Shown in pieces: positions 18,488 to 26,742 of a stretch of 64,000 nt of DNA. The stretch is from an uncultured delta proteobacterium (GTDB taxonomy: Bacteria; Myxococcota_A; Polyangia; Polyangiales; Polyangiaceae): the NCBI GenBank assembly GCA_963841435.1, contig CAWJCS010000005.1, positions 32,001 through 96,000 on the forward strand. The letters run 5' to 3'. Each line of letters opens with the position of its first letter. The stretch's first letter is position 1. The notes beneath the pieces were generated by a model, which did not search any database, was not told the DNA's origin, and worked only from the letters and a program-made list of their open reading frames with translations. The translations under genes were made by a program, and so were the position numbers.

Positions 18488-21037
18488 TCACTTCGGGGGC
18501 GGAGGCGGAGGCGGAGGCGGGGGCGGAGGCGGAGGCGGAGGCGGCATCTCCGTCGGCGGGGGCGGATTGCCAGGCGGCGGCGTGCCGGGGGGCGGCACGG
18601 GAGGAGGCGGCGTGCCGGGCGGGATGGGCGGCGGCACGGGCGGCACGGGATCGGCGTCGTCGGGCTGAACGCAAGCAGCGAGATCGAAGAAGATGAACTC
18701 GAGCGCCTTGCCCGTGGGCGAGGTGGGCTTCGTGCTGCAGCCCGTCGGGAACCCGTCGTCGGGATCGGAGTGGTCGCCGCCCGTGTTGTCCGGGTAGCTC
18801 ACGTTGATGTGAAGATCCGTGAACACACCGCGCCCACACTGCTGGTCCTCGGGAGCGGTGATCGGCGTGTTGAACGTCATGTACTGCACGGCGGGGCGCA
18901 TCTGCGAGTCGTCCGGGTTCGACGGCACGTAGACCCAGCGCTGGCTCGGCGGGCCCACCACCGACACCGAGTGCTGCCCCTGCCGGATCAAAAGGCGCCC
19001 CGGCGTCGTCGAAGCGCCAGTCACCGTGAGCCACTGCGACATCGCGGCGCCCTTCGGGAACGACGTGTCGACGACGCCGTCGATGCCGTCGGCGGGCAGA
19101 TTGCCCGTGCCGATGAAGGTGGCGACGCTGGCGAGCGGAGCGTAGTCGCGCAGCCACAGAAAGTGCATGTGGTCGAAGAACACGCGGCCGCCGCCGTCGA
19201 GGTACGCCGCCATGTTCGGGTAGTACGGCGTCTTGAACTGGGCGAGCGGGCTGCCCGAGCCTTCGCACGAGAGCAGCACCATGTCGTAGGTGAGAAGCTT
19301 CTGGGTCGTGCCCCAGAGCTGGGTGGCCGGCGCGAAATCCGCGCCGCCGTTGAAGTGGGTCGCTCCCTGGTGATCGCCGTTCGGGTTGCCGCCGGCGTAG
19401 AGGTGCACGCGGCCGTTGCCGGCGTCGTTGGTGAACTCGCTGTCGGCGATGCCGATGCGGCGGAGCAGGCACTCGAGCGCGTCCGACTTCCCCGTGGCAA
19501 GGGCGATGCGCGGGATGTTGCCCTCGGCCTGTGTGCGCGGAAGCCTGAGGAGCTTCTGGTTCGGATCGGCCGGATTGGGCACCGCCGTGTCCGCACAGGC
19601 GGCGACGTTCGGGATGGTGACCTGACGGCGCCACTTGCCGACCTGCATCACGAGCGGGATGTTGGCGCCCGCGGGCACGCCCGTGAGCACGAAATGGCCG
19701 TTCACGTCGGTGAGCGCCGCCGTGATCGGCTGGCCCGACGCGATGGCGCCGCACTGGTCGCAGGTGGCCCCGCTCGTGATCGGCGCGAGCGGCGCGTTCG
19801 GAACGTAGACGATGACGTTGTAAAGCGGCAGGTTGCCCGCCGGGTCGTACACCGTGCCGCTGATGGACGTGGTGCCCGTCGCGCATTCGGGCACGTTGCA
19901 AGCGATGCCGGTGCAGCCGGTACCGCCCGTACCGGGGCACACGTTGGGCGTTTCGGCACCGCAGGTCATGGCGTCGGGGCAGGCGGTGCCGCAGTCGAGC
20001 ATGCCGCCGCAACCGTCACCGATGACGCCGCAGTAGCGGCCGCCACCTTGCGCGTCGCACGTCACCTTGACGCAGCCGGCGTCGCCGGCACACACGTTGT
20101 CGAGCCCGGCGCCGCCGCACACGCCGCCCGCCGGGCAAGCGCCGCAGTCGAGGCTGCCGCCGCAGCCGTCACCGATGACGCCGCAGTAGCGGCCGCCGTC
20201 TGCTTCGCAGCTGGAAACCGGCACGCAGCCGTCCTCCACGCAAAGGTGGGACGCGTTGCAGCTCTCGCCCGCCGGGCACTCACCGCAGTCGAGCGGGCCA
20301 CCGCAGCCGTCCCCGATGAGACCGCAGTAGGTGCCGCCCTCGACATCGCAGGTGATGCGCTGGCAGCTCGGGCCCGCCGCGCACACGTTCGTGACCGCAC
20401 CACCGCACACGCCGTCGCCAGCACAAACTCCGCAATCGAGCGTCCCGCCGCACCCGTCGCCGATGATGCCGCAGAAGCTCCAGCCGTCCTCCTGGCAGGT
20501 GAGCGGCACGCAGTTTTCGGGGACGCACACGCTTTTCGTGCAGACCTGCCCGGCCGGGCACGTGCCGCAATCGAGGCCTCCGCCGCAGCCGTCGCCGATG
20601 GTGCCGCAGAACTTCGCACCCGCGGGCGTGCAGGTCCCTCGCACGCAGCTCGCCCCGCCCACGCAGAGGCCCTCGTTGCAGGTCCAATCGGCCGAGCACT
20701 CGCCGCAGGAGACCATGCCGCCGCACGGCGTACCGAGGTCCCCGCAGTATTGCCCGCCAGGCGGATGACAATCGAGCTCACAGGTCTCGGGAGGCGGCGC
20801 GCCCCCGTCCGGGTCGAGCGTGATGCTGCCCGCCGAGGCGCCGTTGCCACCGCTACCGGCAAGCTGCGAGCTCCCACCGGCCCCTCCAGAGCCGCCGGAG
20901 CCGCCGCTCCCCGGCAGGAGCGGGTCCGGGGGGGTGGCAGCCCCACCGGCGCTGCACCCTGCCGTTCCGGCAAGGGGACCGAGCGCGCACAAGGCGAGCG
21001 CGAGAGCAAAGCGATAGGCGCGCTGAGCGTGCGGCAT
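18488..21037 (-). CDS. Cys-rich repeat lipoprotein with carboxypeptidase-regulatory-like domain and poly-Pro tail
   Basis: Lipobox TAGC; six CGxxGDGCGGxLDCG-type repeats; ISGTVYDPAG...TDVNGHFVL beta-sandwich; 17 consecutive Pro at the C-terminus; RBS GAGGAG. Confidence 0.8.
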   Translation of the reverse strand: MPHAQRAYRFALALALCALGPLAGTAGCSAGGAATPPDPLLPGSGGSGGSGGAGGSSQLAGSGGNGASAGSITLDPDGGAPPPETCELDCHPPGGQYCGDLGTPCGGMVSCGECSADWTCNEGLCVGGASCVRGTCTPAGAKFCGTIGDGCGGGLDCGTCPAGQVCTKSVCVPENCVPLTCQEDGWSFCGIIGDGCGGTLDCGVCAGDGVCGGAVTNVCAAGPSCQRITCDVEGGTYCGLIGDGCGGPLDCGECPAGESCNASHLCVEDGCVPVSSCEADGGRYCGVIGDGCGGSLDCGACPAGGVCGGAGLDNVCAGDAGCVKVTCDAQGGGRYCGVIGDGCGGMLDCGTACPDAMTCGAETPNVCPGTGGTGCTGIACNVPECATGTTSISGTVYDPAGNLPLYNVIVYVPNAPLAPITSGATCDQCGAIASGQPITAALTDVNGHFVLTGVPAGANIPLVMQVGKWRRQVTIPNVAACADTAVPNPADPNQKLLRLPRTQAEGNIPRIALATGKSDALECLLRRIGIADSEFTNDAGNGRVHLYAGGNPNGDHQGATHFNGGADFAPATQLWGTTQKLLTYDMVLLSCEGSGSPLAQFKTPYYPNMAAYLDGGGRVFFDHMHFLWLRDYAPLASVATFIGTGNLPADGIDGVVDTSFPKGAAMSQWLTVTGASTTPGRLLIRQGQHSVSVVGPPSQRWVYVPSNPDDSQMRPAVQYMTFNTPITAPEDQQCGRGVFTDLHINVSYPDNTGGDHSDPDDGFPTGCSTKPTSPTGKALEFIFFDLAACVQPDDADPVPPVPPPIPPGTPPPPVPPPGTPPPGNPPPPTEMPPPPPPPPPPPPPPPPPK
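18494..18544 (-). repeat. Near-perfect (GGCGGA)n hexamer repeat encoding 17 prolines
   Basis: Read directly from the sequence. Confidence 0.9.
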
Positions 21038-21201
21038 GATGACTCCTCGAGTCGCTCATGCGCCGGGGAGGCGAATCAATCGCGGGCATCTGCTGGCAAC
21101 GGGCCTAGTCCGCCCTCACGCGATAATTTCGTGAAAGGCGCGGCGCGGGCTCGCGGTCCCACACCTTCGCAGACCCGCGCTCGCGCGGGCGCTCGTTCAC
21201 C

Positions 21202-21579
21202 TCACGTCTTCGGAAACGGCTCCCGGGTGGCCCCGGGGATGTTCGAGGCGTCGGTGCCGCCGGCGAACTCTTTGCTGGCGGAGCTCGGCACGAAGGGGCC
21301 GCCCCAGTCCTCGTCAACGTCGCGATTGAGATCCTCGGCAAGTTGGCTTTCGCCGCTCGTCATCGCCATCACGGCCTCCTCCGCGAGCTCGATCGCGAAC
21401 GGGTCGTCGGACAGCTCCTTGAACATCGCCTTCTGGCCGTCGCTGCCATTGCGCCCCGTGAGCGCGAGCAGCCTTGCCGCGGGCCCTTCTCGAAGGTGAC
21501 CGGCATTGTCGAAAAGACGATGCGCAGAATGACCGTTGTCACGAGCCGCGCGCCTGATCCTGCCTCGAGTGATTCCCAT
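21202..21579 (-). CDS. Small acidic hypothetical protein
   Basis: ELAEEAV...TSGE...GGPFV...EFAGGTDASNIPGATREPFP; TACAAT -10-like box 16 nt upstream of ATG 21579. Confidence 0.65.
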   Translation of the reverse strand: MGITRGRIRRAARDNGHSAHRLFDNAGHLREGPAARLLALTGRNGSDGQKAMFKELSDDPFAIELAEEAVMAMTSGESQLAEDLNRDVDEDWGGPFVPSSASKEFAGGTDASNIPGATREPFPKT

Positions 21580-21701
21580 CGATCGCCTGCTTCCGATTGT
21601 ACCCCTACCGATCGATCGTAGAATAACCTCTGTCGCCCCTTCGTGTCTTCGGGATTTCGACGAAGAACGAATGCACACCGGTTAACGCGACTCGAAGGGC
21701 C

Positions 21702-21717
21702 CGGCACGCTCCTTGCT
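21702..21717 (+). promoter_or_regulatory. Sigma54 (-24/-12) promoter
   Basis: CGGCACG-CTCC-TTGCT versus consensus TGGCACG-N4-TTGCW, with exact GG-N10-GC spacing, in an intergenic region. Confidence 0.65.
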
Positions 21718-21728
21718 GAGTGGTCGTC

Positions 21729-21860
21729 AGCCCTCGAGTCAGTTTCCGTGATGGTGAGTCGAGGTCGTGCCCGCCCGCGCCGATTCGAGATCGCTTCTTA
21801 CGGGACCCGCATGCCCTCTCGACGCGGAGGCGACTTCGGCCTCCCCGCTAGTAACTTTTC
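21729..21860 (+). ncRNA. Candidate sigma54-dependent small RNA
   Basis: Starts at the predicted +1; stem 21732-41/21755-64, internal stems, final GGAGGC/GCCTCC stem (21826-21844) followed by TAGTAACTTTTC; no convincing ORF. Confidence 0.4.
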
Positions 21861-21917
21861 AGCATGCCTCGCTCCGTGAAACGCGCTCGACGCGTTCGGC
21901 CGCCTCCCGCCAGCGCT

Positions 21918-23186
21918 TCACGCGCGGCGGACGAAGCTCGCGACGAAGTATCCGTCCGTCGCGTGAGCGCCGGGAAGCAACCGGATCTCGGTCGCCTCCG
22001 CACCGAATAGCGCATGGATCTCGGGAGCATCGAACGGTACCGGCTCGAGCAGTGAGGCCACGCTTTGCGTCACGGCCTCGGCCTCGTCGCGGAGCACGCT
22101 GCACACCGCGAAGACGACGCGCCCTCCGGGTCTCGCGCGGTCGGCCGCACCACGCAAGATACGCGCCCCGAGCTCGCCGAGCCGCGCCGGATCCCCCGGC
22201 GCGAGCCGCCTCGCGATTTCGGGACGCCGTCTGAGCGTCCCCACGCCCGTGCAAGGAGCGTCAACGAGCACCCGGTCGAAGCCGCCGGGCACGTCGCCGG
22301 GCCCGAGGGTAAAATCGACGGCCGCGCGCGCCGGCTCGGGCAGTCCGAGGCGCGCGGCCGAAAGCGCCAGGGCCTCGAGCTTGCGCGGGTGCACGTCGGT
22401 CGCGAGCACCTCGCCCGAGGCCCCGACGGCGTCGAGCAAGATCATGGTCTTTTGCCCACGACCCGCGCACGCGTCGAGCACGCGCTCGCCCGGGCGCGCG
22501 CCGAGCGCGAGCGCGACGAGCTGGGCGCCGGGCTCCTGCATGGTGAAGGCGCCCTCTCGGTAGCCTTCGAGCCGCTCGGGGTCGCCGCCGGGGGCGAGGC
22601 GCGCCTCGGGCACGACGCGGTGTCGCTCGGCGGTCTCGAGCCAGGGCGGCGCCGGCACGCGCTTGCTCGGTCGCACCCAAACCTGACCGAGCGGGACGCC
22701 AATCCCGAACAGCGCCTCCGCGTCCGCCACGCCGACGGCCTCGGTGAGCGCCGCGAGCAGCCACGGCGGGGCGCTATCGCGCACGGCCGAAGCGGGATCC
22801 AGGCGTTCGCCGCCGAGCTTGCGTAAAACGGCGTTGGCGAAGCCCGCAACGCGCGCCCCGCGTAGCCCCTTGAGCGCCTCGACGGCCGCGTCAACCGCGG
22901 CCCACGCCGGCACGCGGTCGAGCAGCAACATCTGATACGCCGCGACCAGCAAGTGGCGCCGCACGGCGTCGTCGGGCACGCCGCGCGGCGCGTGCGCGAG
23001 CAGCCGCCGCGTGAGCGCCCCTTCGGTACGCAGGACGCCGTAGCAAAGCTCCGACAAGAGCCCACGCTCGCGCGCGTCGAGCGCGGGGTGCCGATCGAGC
23101 ACGGCGTCGAGGGCCGCGGCCGCGAACGCGCCGTCGCGCTCGACGCGCTCGAGCACGTTGACGGCGAGCGTGCGTGCCGTGCTCAT
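21918..23186 (-). CDS. rsmB: 16S rRNA m5C methyltransferase RsmB/Sun (NusB-like N-terminal domain)
   Basis: ELCYGVLR, FANAVLR, VLDACAGRGQKT, LVDAPCTGVG, AVCS, DGYFVA. Confidence 0.88.
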   Translation of the reverse strand: MSTARTLAVNVLERVERDGAFAAAALDAVLDRHPALDARERGLLSELCYGVLRTEGALTRRLLAHAPRGVPDDAVRRHLLVAAYQMLLLDRVPAWAAVDAAVEALKGLRGARVAGFANAVLRKLGGERLDPASAVRDSAPPWLLAALTEAVGVADAEALFGIGVPLGQVWVRPSKRVPAPPWLETAERHRVVPEARLAPGGDPERLEGYREGAFTMQEPGAQLVALALGARPGERVLDACAGRGQKTMILLDAVGASGEVLATDVHPRKLEALALSAARLGLPEPARAAVDFTLGPGDVPGGFDRVLVDAPCTGVGTLRRRPEIARRLAPGDPARLGELGARILRGAADRARPGGRVVFAVCSVLRDEAEAVTQSVASLLEPVPFDAPEIHALFGAEATEIRLLPGAHATDGYFVASFVRRA

Positions 23187-24859
23187 CCGGACAGCCCGCG
23201 CACTTGACCCGCGATCACGTCCCAGCGCTTCTCGAGATCGTTTTTGAACGCCAGCACCATGAGGGCGAGCAAAATCGCCATGCCCACGATGTGCGACAGC
23301 TCGCGCACGCGAAGTGGTAGCCGGCGCCTGAGCACGCCCTCGATGGCGAGGAAAAACAGGTGGCCCCCGTCGAGGACGGGAATCGGCAACAGGTTGAAGA
23401 GCCCCAGATTGATGCTGATGACCGCCATGGCCCAGACGAAGTAGTCGGCGCCCTTGCGGCCTTCCTCGCCGGCCACCTGGTAGATCGTGATCGGACCCGA
23501 CAGCGATTTCAGGCTGATCCTGCCCTCGACGAGCCTCACGAGCCCGACGAGCACGAGGCGCGTGACGCTGACCGTCTCCTCGGCGGCCTTCGAGAGCGCG
23601 TAGCGAACGGGTGCGGGGTGGCTCACGCGCTCCTCCGGGGCGACGGGAGCCCAGTGCTGGATCGGCAGCACGTAGCGCGCGAAGGTCTGACCGTGCTCGT
23701 CGGTGAAATCCTCGCGACGCATCTGGAACTTGCCGTAGCGCACGCGCCCGTCGCGTGCCGACAGGTAGTCGACGCGGTGCTGTCGATCGGGCGCCGTGAA
23801 CACGCGCTCGCGGAACGTGGACCAGGCGCCGACCGGCTCGTCGTCGAGCTTCAAAATCTTGTCGCCGGGCCTGAGCCCTGCGCGGTGCAAGTAGGAGTCT
23901 GCGGGCACGATCGACACGTAAAGGTCGGCCAGATCGATGCCCGTACGTTCGAGCAGCGTGTTGCCGTTCGGATCGGGCGTGAGGGCGACGACGCCCGCTT
24001 CGAAGACGGCCATGTCGGCGAGCCCCCCGAGCGCGTCGGGCACCTCGGCGGGGCGAAGATAGGTGACGGGCAGCGTCTCCCCGACGTCGGAGCCGAACGC
24101 GTCGTCGAGGTCCATGAAGCGCCGCACGGTACGGCCGCCCACGCTCGTGATGACATCGAAGGTGCGCAGGCCCGCGCGGTACGCCGGCGATTCGGGATTG
24201 GACACGCCGATGACCGGCGCGGGAGCGCTCGGCTGGATGCCGACCGTCCCGATGCGCTCGGTGATCTCGAAATTGCGGCGCTCCGTGGAGTCCTCGACGG
24301 GCACGTCGACGTTGACGTGCCGGTTGTCGCGGAACACGACGAAACGCAGCGTCTTGCCGGGGTTCTTCGAGATGATGCGCTTGACCTCGTCGAAGGTCCC
24401 GACCTCCTCCCCGCTCACCGACATGATGCGATCGCCGGGGAAAAGCTTGCCTTCCGCCGGGTGGCGCGGCAAGACGACGCCGACCGTCGGCGGCAGGAAC
24501 GGCCCGTCGCCCACGAACACCGAGAAGTAGAGCAAGACGGGGAAGACCAGATTCATGGCCGGCCCCGCGAGCACGACGAGCACCCGTTTGAACGCCGAGA
24601 GCGACTCGAAGGTGCGCTTCCGATCCTCCGGCAGCACGAGGTCGTTCTTCGACTCTTCCAACATGCGCACGTAGCCGCCGAGCGGCAACAGCGACACGCA
24701 GTATTCGGTCTCGCGGCCGCGCAGCTTGATGATCTTCGGACCGAAGCCGAGACTGAAGGTGATCACCTTCACGCCGAAAGCCTTGGCGAAGAGGAAGTGG
24801 CCGAGCTCGTGAACGAGGATCAGCGAGCTTACCAGGATGATGAAATAGACGAAATCCAT
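23183..24859 (-). CDS. rseP: RIP metalloprotease RseP with three PDZ-like segments
   Basis: HELGH, FSLGFGP, PLGGYV, AGPAMN, NLLPIPVLDGGH. Confidence 0.93.
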   Translation of the reverse strand: MDFVYFIILVSSLILVHELGHFLFAKAFGVKVITFSLGFGPKIIKLRGRETEYCVSLLPLGGYVRMLEESKNDLVLPEDRKRTFESLSAFKRVLVVLAGPAMNLVFPVLLYFSVFVGDGPFLPPTVGVVLPRHPAEGKLFPGDRIMSVSGEEVGTFDEVKRIISKNPGKTLRFVVFRDNRHVNVDVPVEDSTERRNFEITERIGTVGIQPSAPAPVIGVSNPESPAYRAGLRTFDVITSVGGRTVRRFMDLDDAFGSDVGETLPVTYLRPAEVPDALGGLADMAVFEAGVVALTPDPNGNTLLERTGIDLADLYVSIVPADSYLHRAGLRPGDKILKLDDEPVGAWSTFRERVFTAPDRQHRVDYLSARDGRVRYGKFQMRREDFTDEHGQTFARYVLPIQHWAPVAPEERVSHPAPVRYALSKAAEETVSVTRLVLVGLVRLVEGRISLKSLSGPITIYQVAGEEGRKGADYFVWAMAVISINLGLFNLLPIPVLDGGHLFFLAIEGVLRRRLPLRVRELSHIVGMAILLALMVLAFKNDLEKRWDVIAGQVRGLSG

Positions 24860-24921
24860 CCGCTCGCGCGCGGCCAGCCTAGCACGCGAGAGGGGGCCTC
24901 GCCGTGATACCCTCGGGGCCA

Positions 24922-25383
24922 ATGGGCGCCCCGAAACATTCGAGCGAGTCGCGCGTGACGCTGCATCAGCTGATGCTGCCGGAGCACGCCAATGCGCACG
25001 GCAACGTCCACGGCGGCGTGATCATGCGCATGGTGGACGAGGCGGGGGCGATCGTGGCGATGCGCCACGCGCGCATGCCGTGCGTCACGATCTCGATCGA
25101 TTCGATGACGTTCCGCCAGCCGGTTCACCTCGGCGAGCTCCTGATTTGCGACGCTCACGTCACGTGGATCGGCAAGAGCGCGATCGAGGTCGGCGTCAAC
25201 GTGCACGCCGAGAACCCGATCACCGGCGTCGTCAGCCACACGAACTCGGCGTTCGTCGTGTACGTCGCACTCGGTCCCGATGGGCGCCCGTCACCCGCGG
25301 CGCCGCTCGAGTTGCGCGACGACGACGAGCGGCGCGCCTTCGAGGACGGCAAAGCGCGACAGGCGCATCGCGTGGGGCGCTAG
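24922..25383 (+). CDS. Acyl-CoA thioesterase (hotdog fold, YciA-like)
   Basis: PEHANAHGNVHGG...MVDEAG, FRQPV, YVALGPDGRP. Confidence 0.88.
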   Translation: MGAPKHSSESRVTLHQLMLPEHANAHGNVHGGVIMRMVDEAGAIVAMRHARMPCVTISIDSMTFRQPVHLGELLICDAHVTWIGKSAIEVGVNVHAENPITGVVSHTNSAFVVYVALGPDGRPSPAAPLELRDDDERRAFEDGKARQAHRVGR

Positions 25384-25580
25384 CACTACTGTCAGAGTCT
25401 TGGAGGAACAGATCACGATCCGGCAGAGAGAACATGAGCCACGAAAGCAACTGGCGCGGCCAGCGGGCGGCCGTCTTCGAGCACGAAATGGACGCAAGAC
25501 GTGGGCGCCGCCGTCCGAAAGGTTCGCCGCTCGCCAATCTGCGAATTTCTCGAAGGAAACGCGAATCTCTGACAGTAGTG
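25384..25580. mobile_element. 197 bp MITE-like non-autonomous element
   Basis: Perfect 14 bp terminal inverted repeats CACTACTGTCAGAG (25384-97) / CTCTGACAGTAGTG (25567-80), flanked by CTAG on both sides (25380-83, 25581-84); lower GC; no transposase. Confidence 0.75.
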
Positions 25581-25636
25581 CTAGTCCCAACGGGCGGCTC
25601 TCGGACGGGAGTCGATGCGTATCGGCGTGAGTCGCA

Positions 25637-26701
25637 ATGGTGGTCTTCTTCCTTTTGGCGACCATGGTTCCGAGACGAAAAGGCGGGGGGCGACGCCGTT
25701 CCACCTGCGCATCGCTGCTCTTTTGCGCGAGCGTCGCGTGCGGCTTCGCGCCCGCGCAGACGGCGCGGGCGGATCCGACGGCTGACCGCGCCGACGGCGC
25801 GCCGTGGCACATCAAGAGCGATTCGGCGTGCCCCGAGGGGGCACGCGTCGAGGCGGCGCTCTGGCCGATCCTCGGTGTGTCGAGCGACACGGCGCTCGGC
25901 GAGTCAATCGAGCTGACGCACGAGGGCAGTGGACTTGCCGTGCGGATGCGCTCGCGCGAAGGGGCGCCGCTCGGCGAGCGCGTGCTGCCGCTCGGCGAGG
26001 ACTGCGAGGAGCTTGCGCGCGCCGCAGCCGTCGTGCTCGCGAGCTGGCTCACGGATGCACATCCGGAGTTTCTCGCGCCCCCGCCGCCGCCTCCGGCGCC
26101 GGCACCCGAGCCGCTGGAGCCCGCGCCGCCGCGCGTCCTGCCCATCGCGAAGATGACGGCGCGCGGCGAGGTCACGCCCGGGCCGGGAGCGGGCCTCTAC
26201 GTCGGGCTCGGCGGCGGCGCAGCGTTGCTCGGCGCACCCCCGGCCGCGCTCGGGACGCTCCTCGCCGGCTACGGTCCTTCGTCGAGCGGCCTCGGTCTCG
26301 AAGCGAGCGTTGGTACGACCACGATGCGTTCGAAGCCGCTCGATGCGGGTCACGTCCACTACACGCGCTTTCCGTTCGCGGTTTGCGCGTCGCTGCGCTT
26401 CGCGGCAGGCCGTGCTCGGGCAGAGCTTCTCGCCGGGGCGGCCGTCGCGTGGCTGAGGCTGTCGGGCGACGGTTTCGCGCCGGACCGATCGCAGAGTGAC
26501 CGAGCCTTCGCAGCGCTCGCGGGGGCGCGCCTTTCGGGGCGATTCGGGGCGCTCGAACCCTTCGCCGAGCTCCGACCCCTTCTGTGGCTGACGGGCGCCA
26601 CGGCGTACGTCGACACACCCGAGGACGGGGTCGCGCTACCCCGCGGGGAGCTTTTCGCGCTCGCCGGCGTGGTCTACCGCCCGCCTCTCGGCGTACGCTG
26701 A
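25637..26701 (+). CDS. ECF-cassette protein: signal peptide, periplasmic alpha/beta domain, Pro-rich linker, small OM beta-barrel (start may be 25664)
   Basis: ARA| signal site, CP...DCEELARAAAVVLA, PPPPP linker, alternating amphipathic strands ending LAGVVY. Confidence 0.65.
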   Translation: MVVFFLLATMVPRRKGGGRRRSTCASLLFCASVACGFAPAQTARADPTADRADGAPWHIKSDSACPEGARVEAALWPILGVSSDTALGESIELTHEGSGLAVRMRSREGAPLGERVLPLGEDCEELARAAAVVLASWLTDAHPEFLAPPPPPPAPAPEPLEPAPPRVLPIAKMTARGEVTPGPGAGLYVGLGGGAALLGAPPAALGTLLAGYGPSSSGLGLEASVGTTTMRSKPLDAGHVHYTRFPFAVCASLRFAAGRARAELLAGAAVAWLRLSGDGFAPDRSQSDRAFAALAGARLSGRFGALEPFAELRPLLWLTGATAYVDTPEDGVALPRGELFALAGVVYRPPLGVR

Positions 26702-26742
26702 AAGGTTCGCAGTCCTCACCGCACCAATCAGCGATGCACGAA

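Noticed and set aside
19960-20760. Regularly spaced DNA repeats resembling a CRISPR or tandem array
   Set aside because: In-frame, degenerate at third codon positions, and encode the Cys-rich protein repeats; no cas genes
23183-24859. RseP as the dedicated protease of the adjacent ECF cassette
   Set aside because: It is coupled to rsmB as a housekeeping gene; proximity alone is not evidence
25434-25584. ATG-initiated reading frame inside the MITE as a transposase remnant
   Set aside because: No recognisable transposase motif; the frame simply runs out through the TIR
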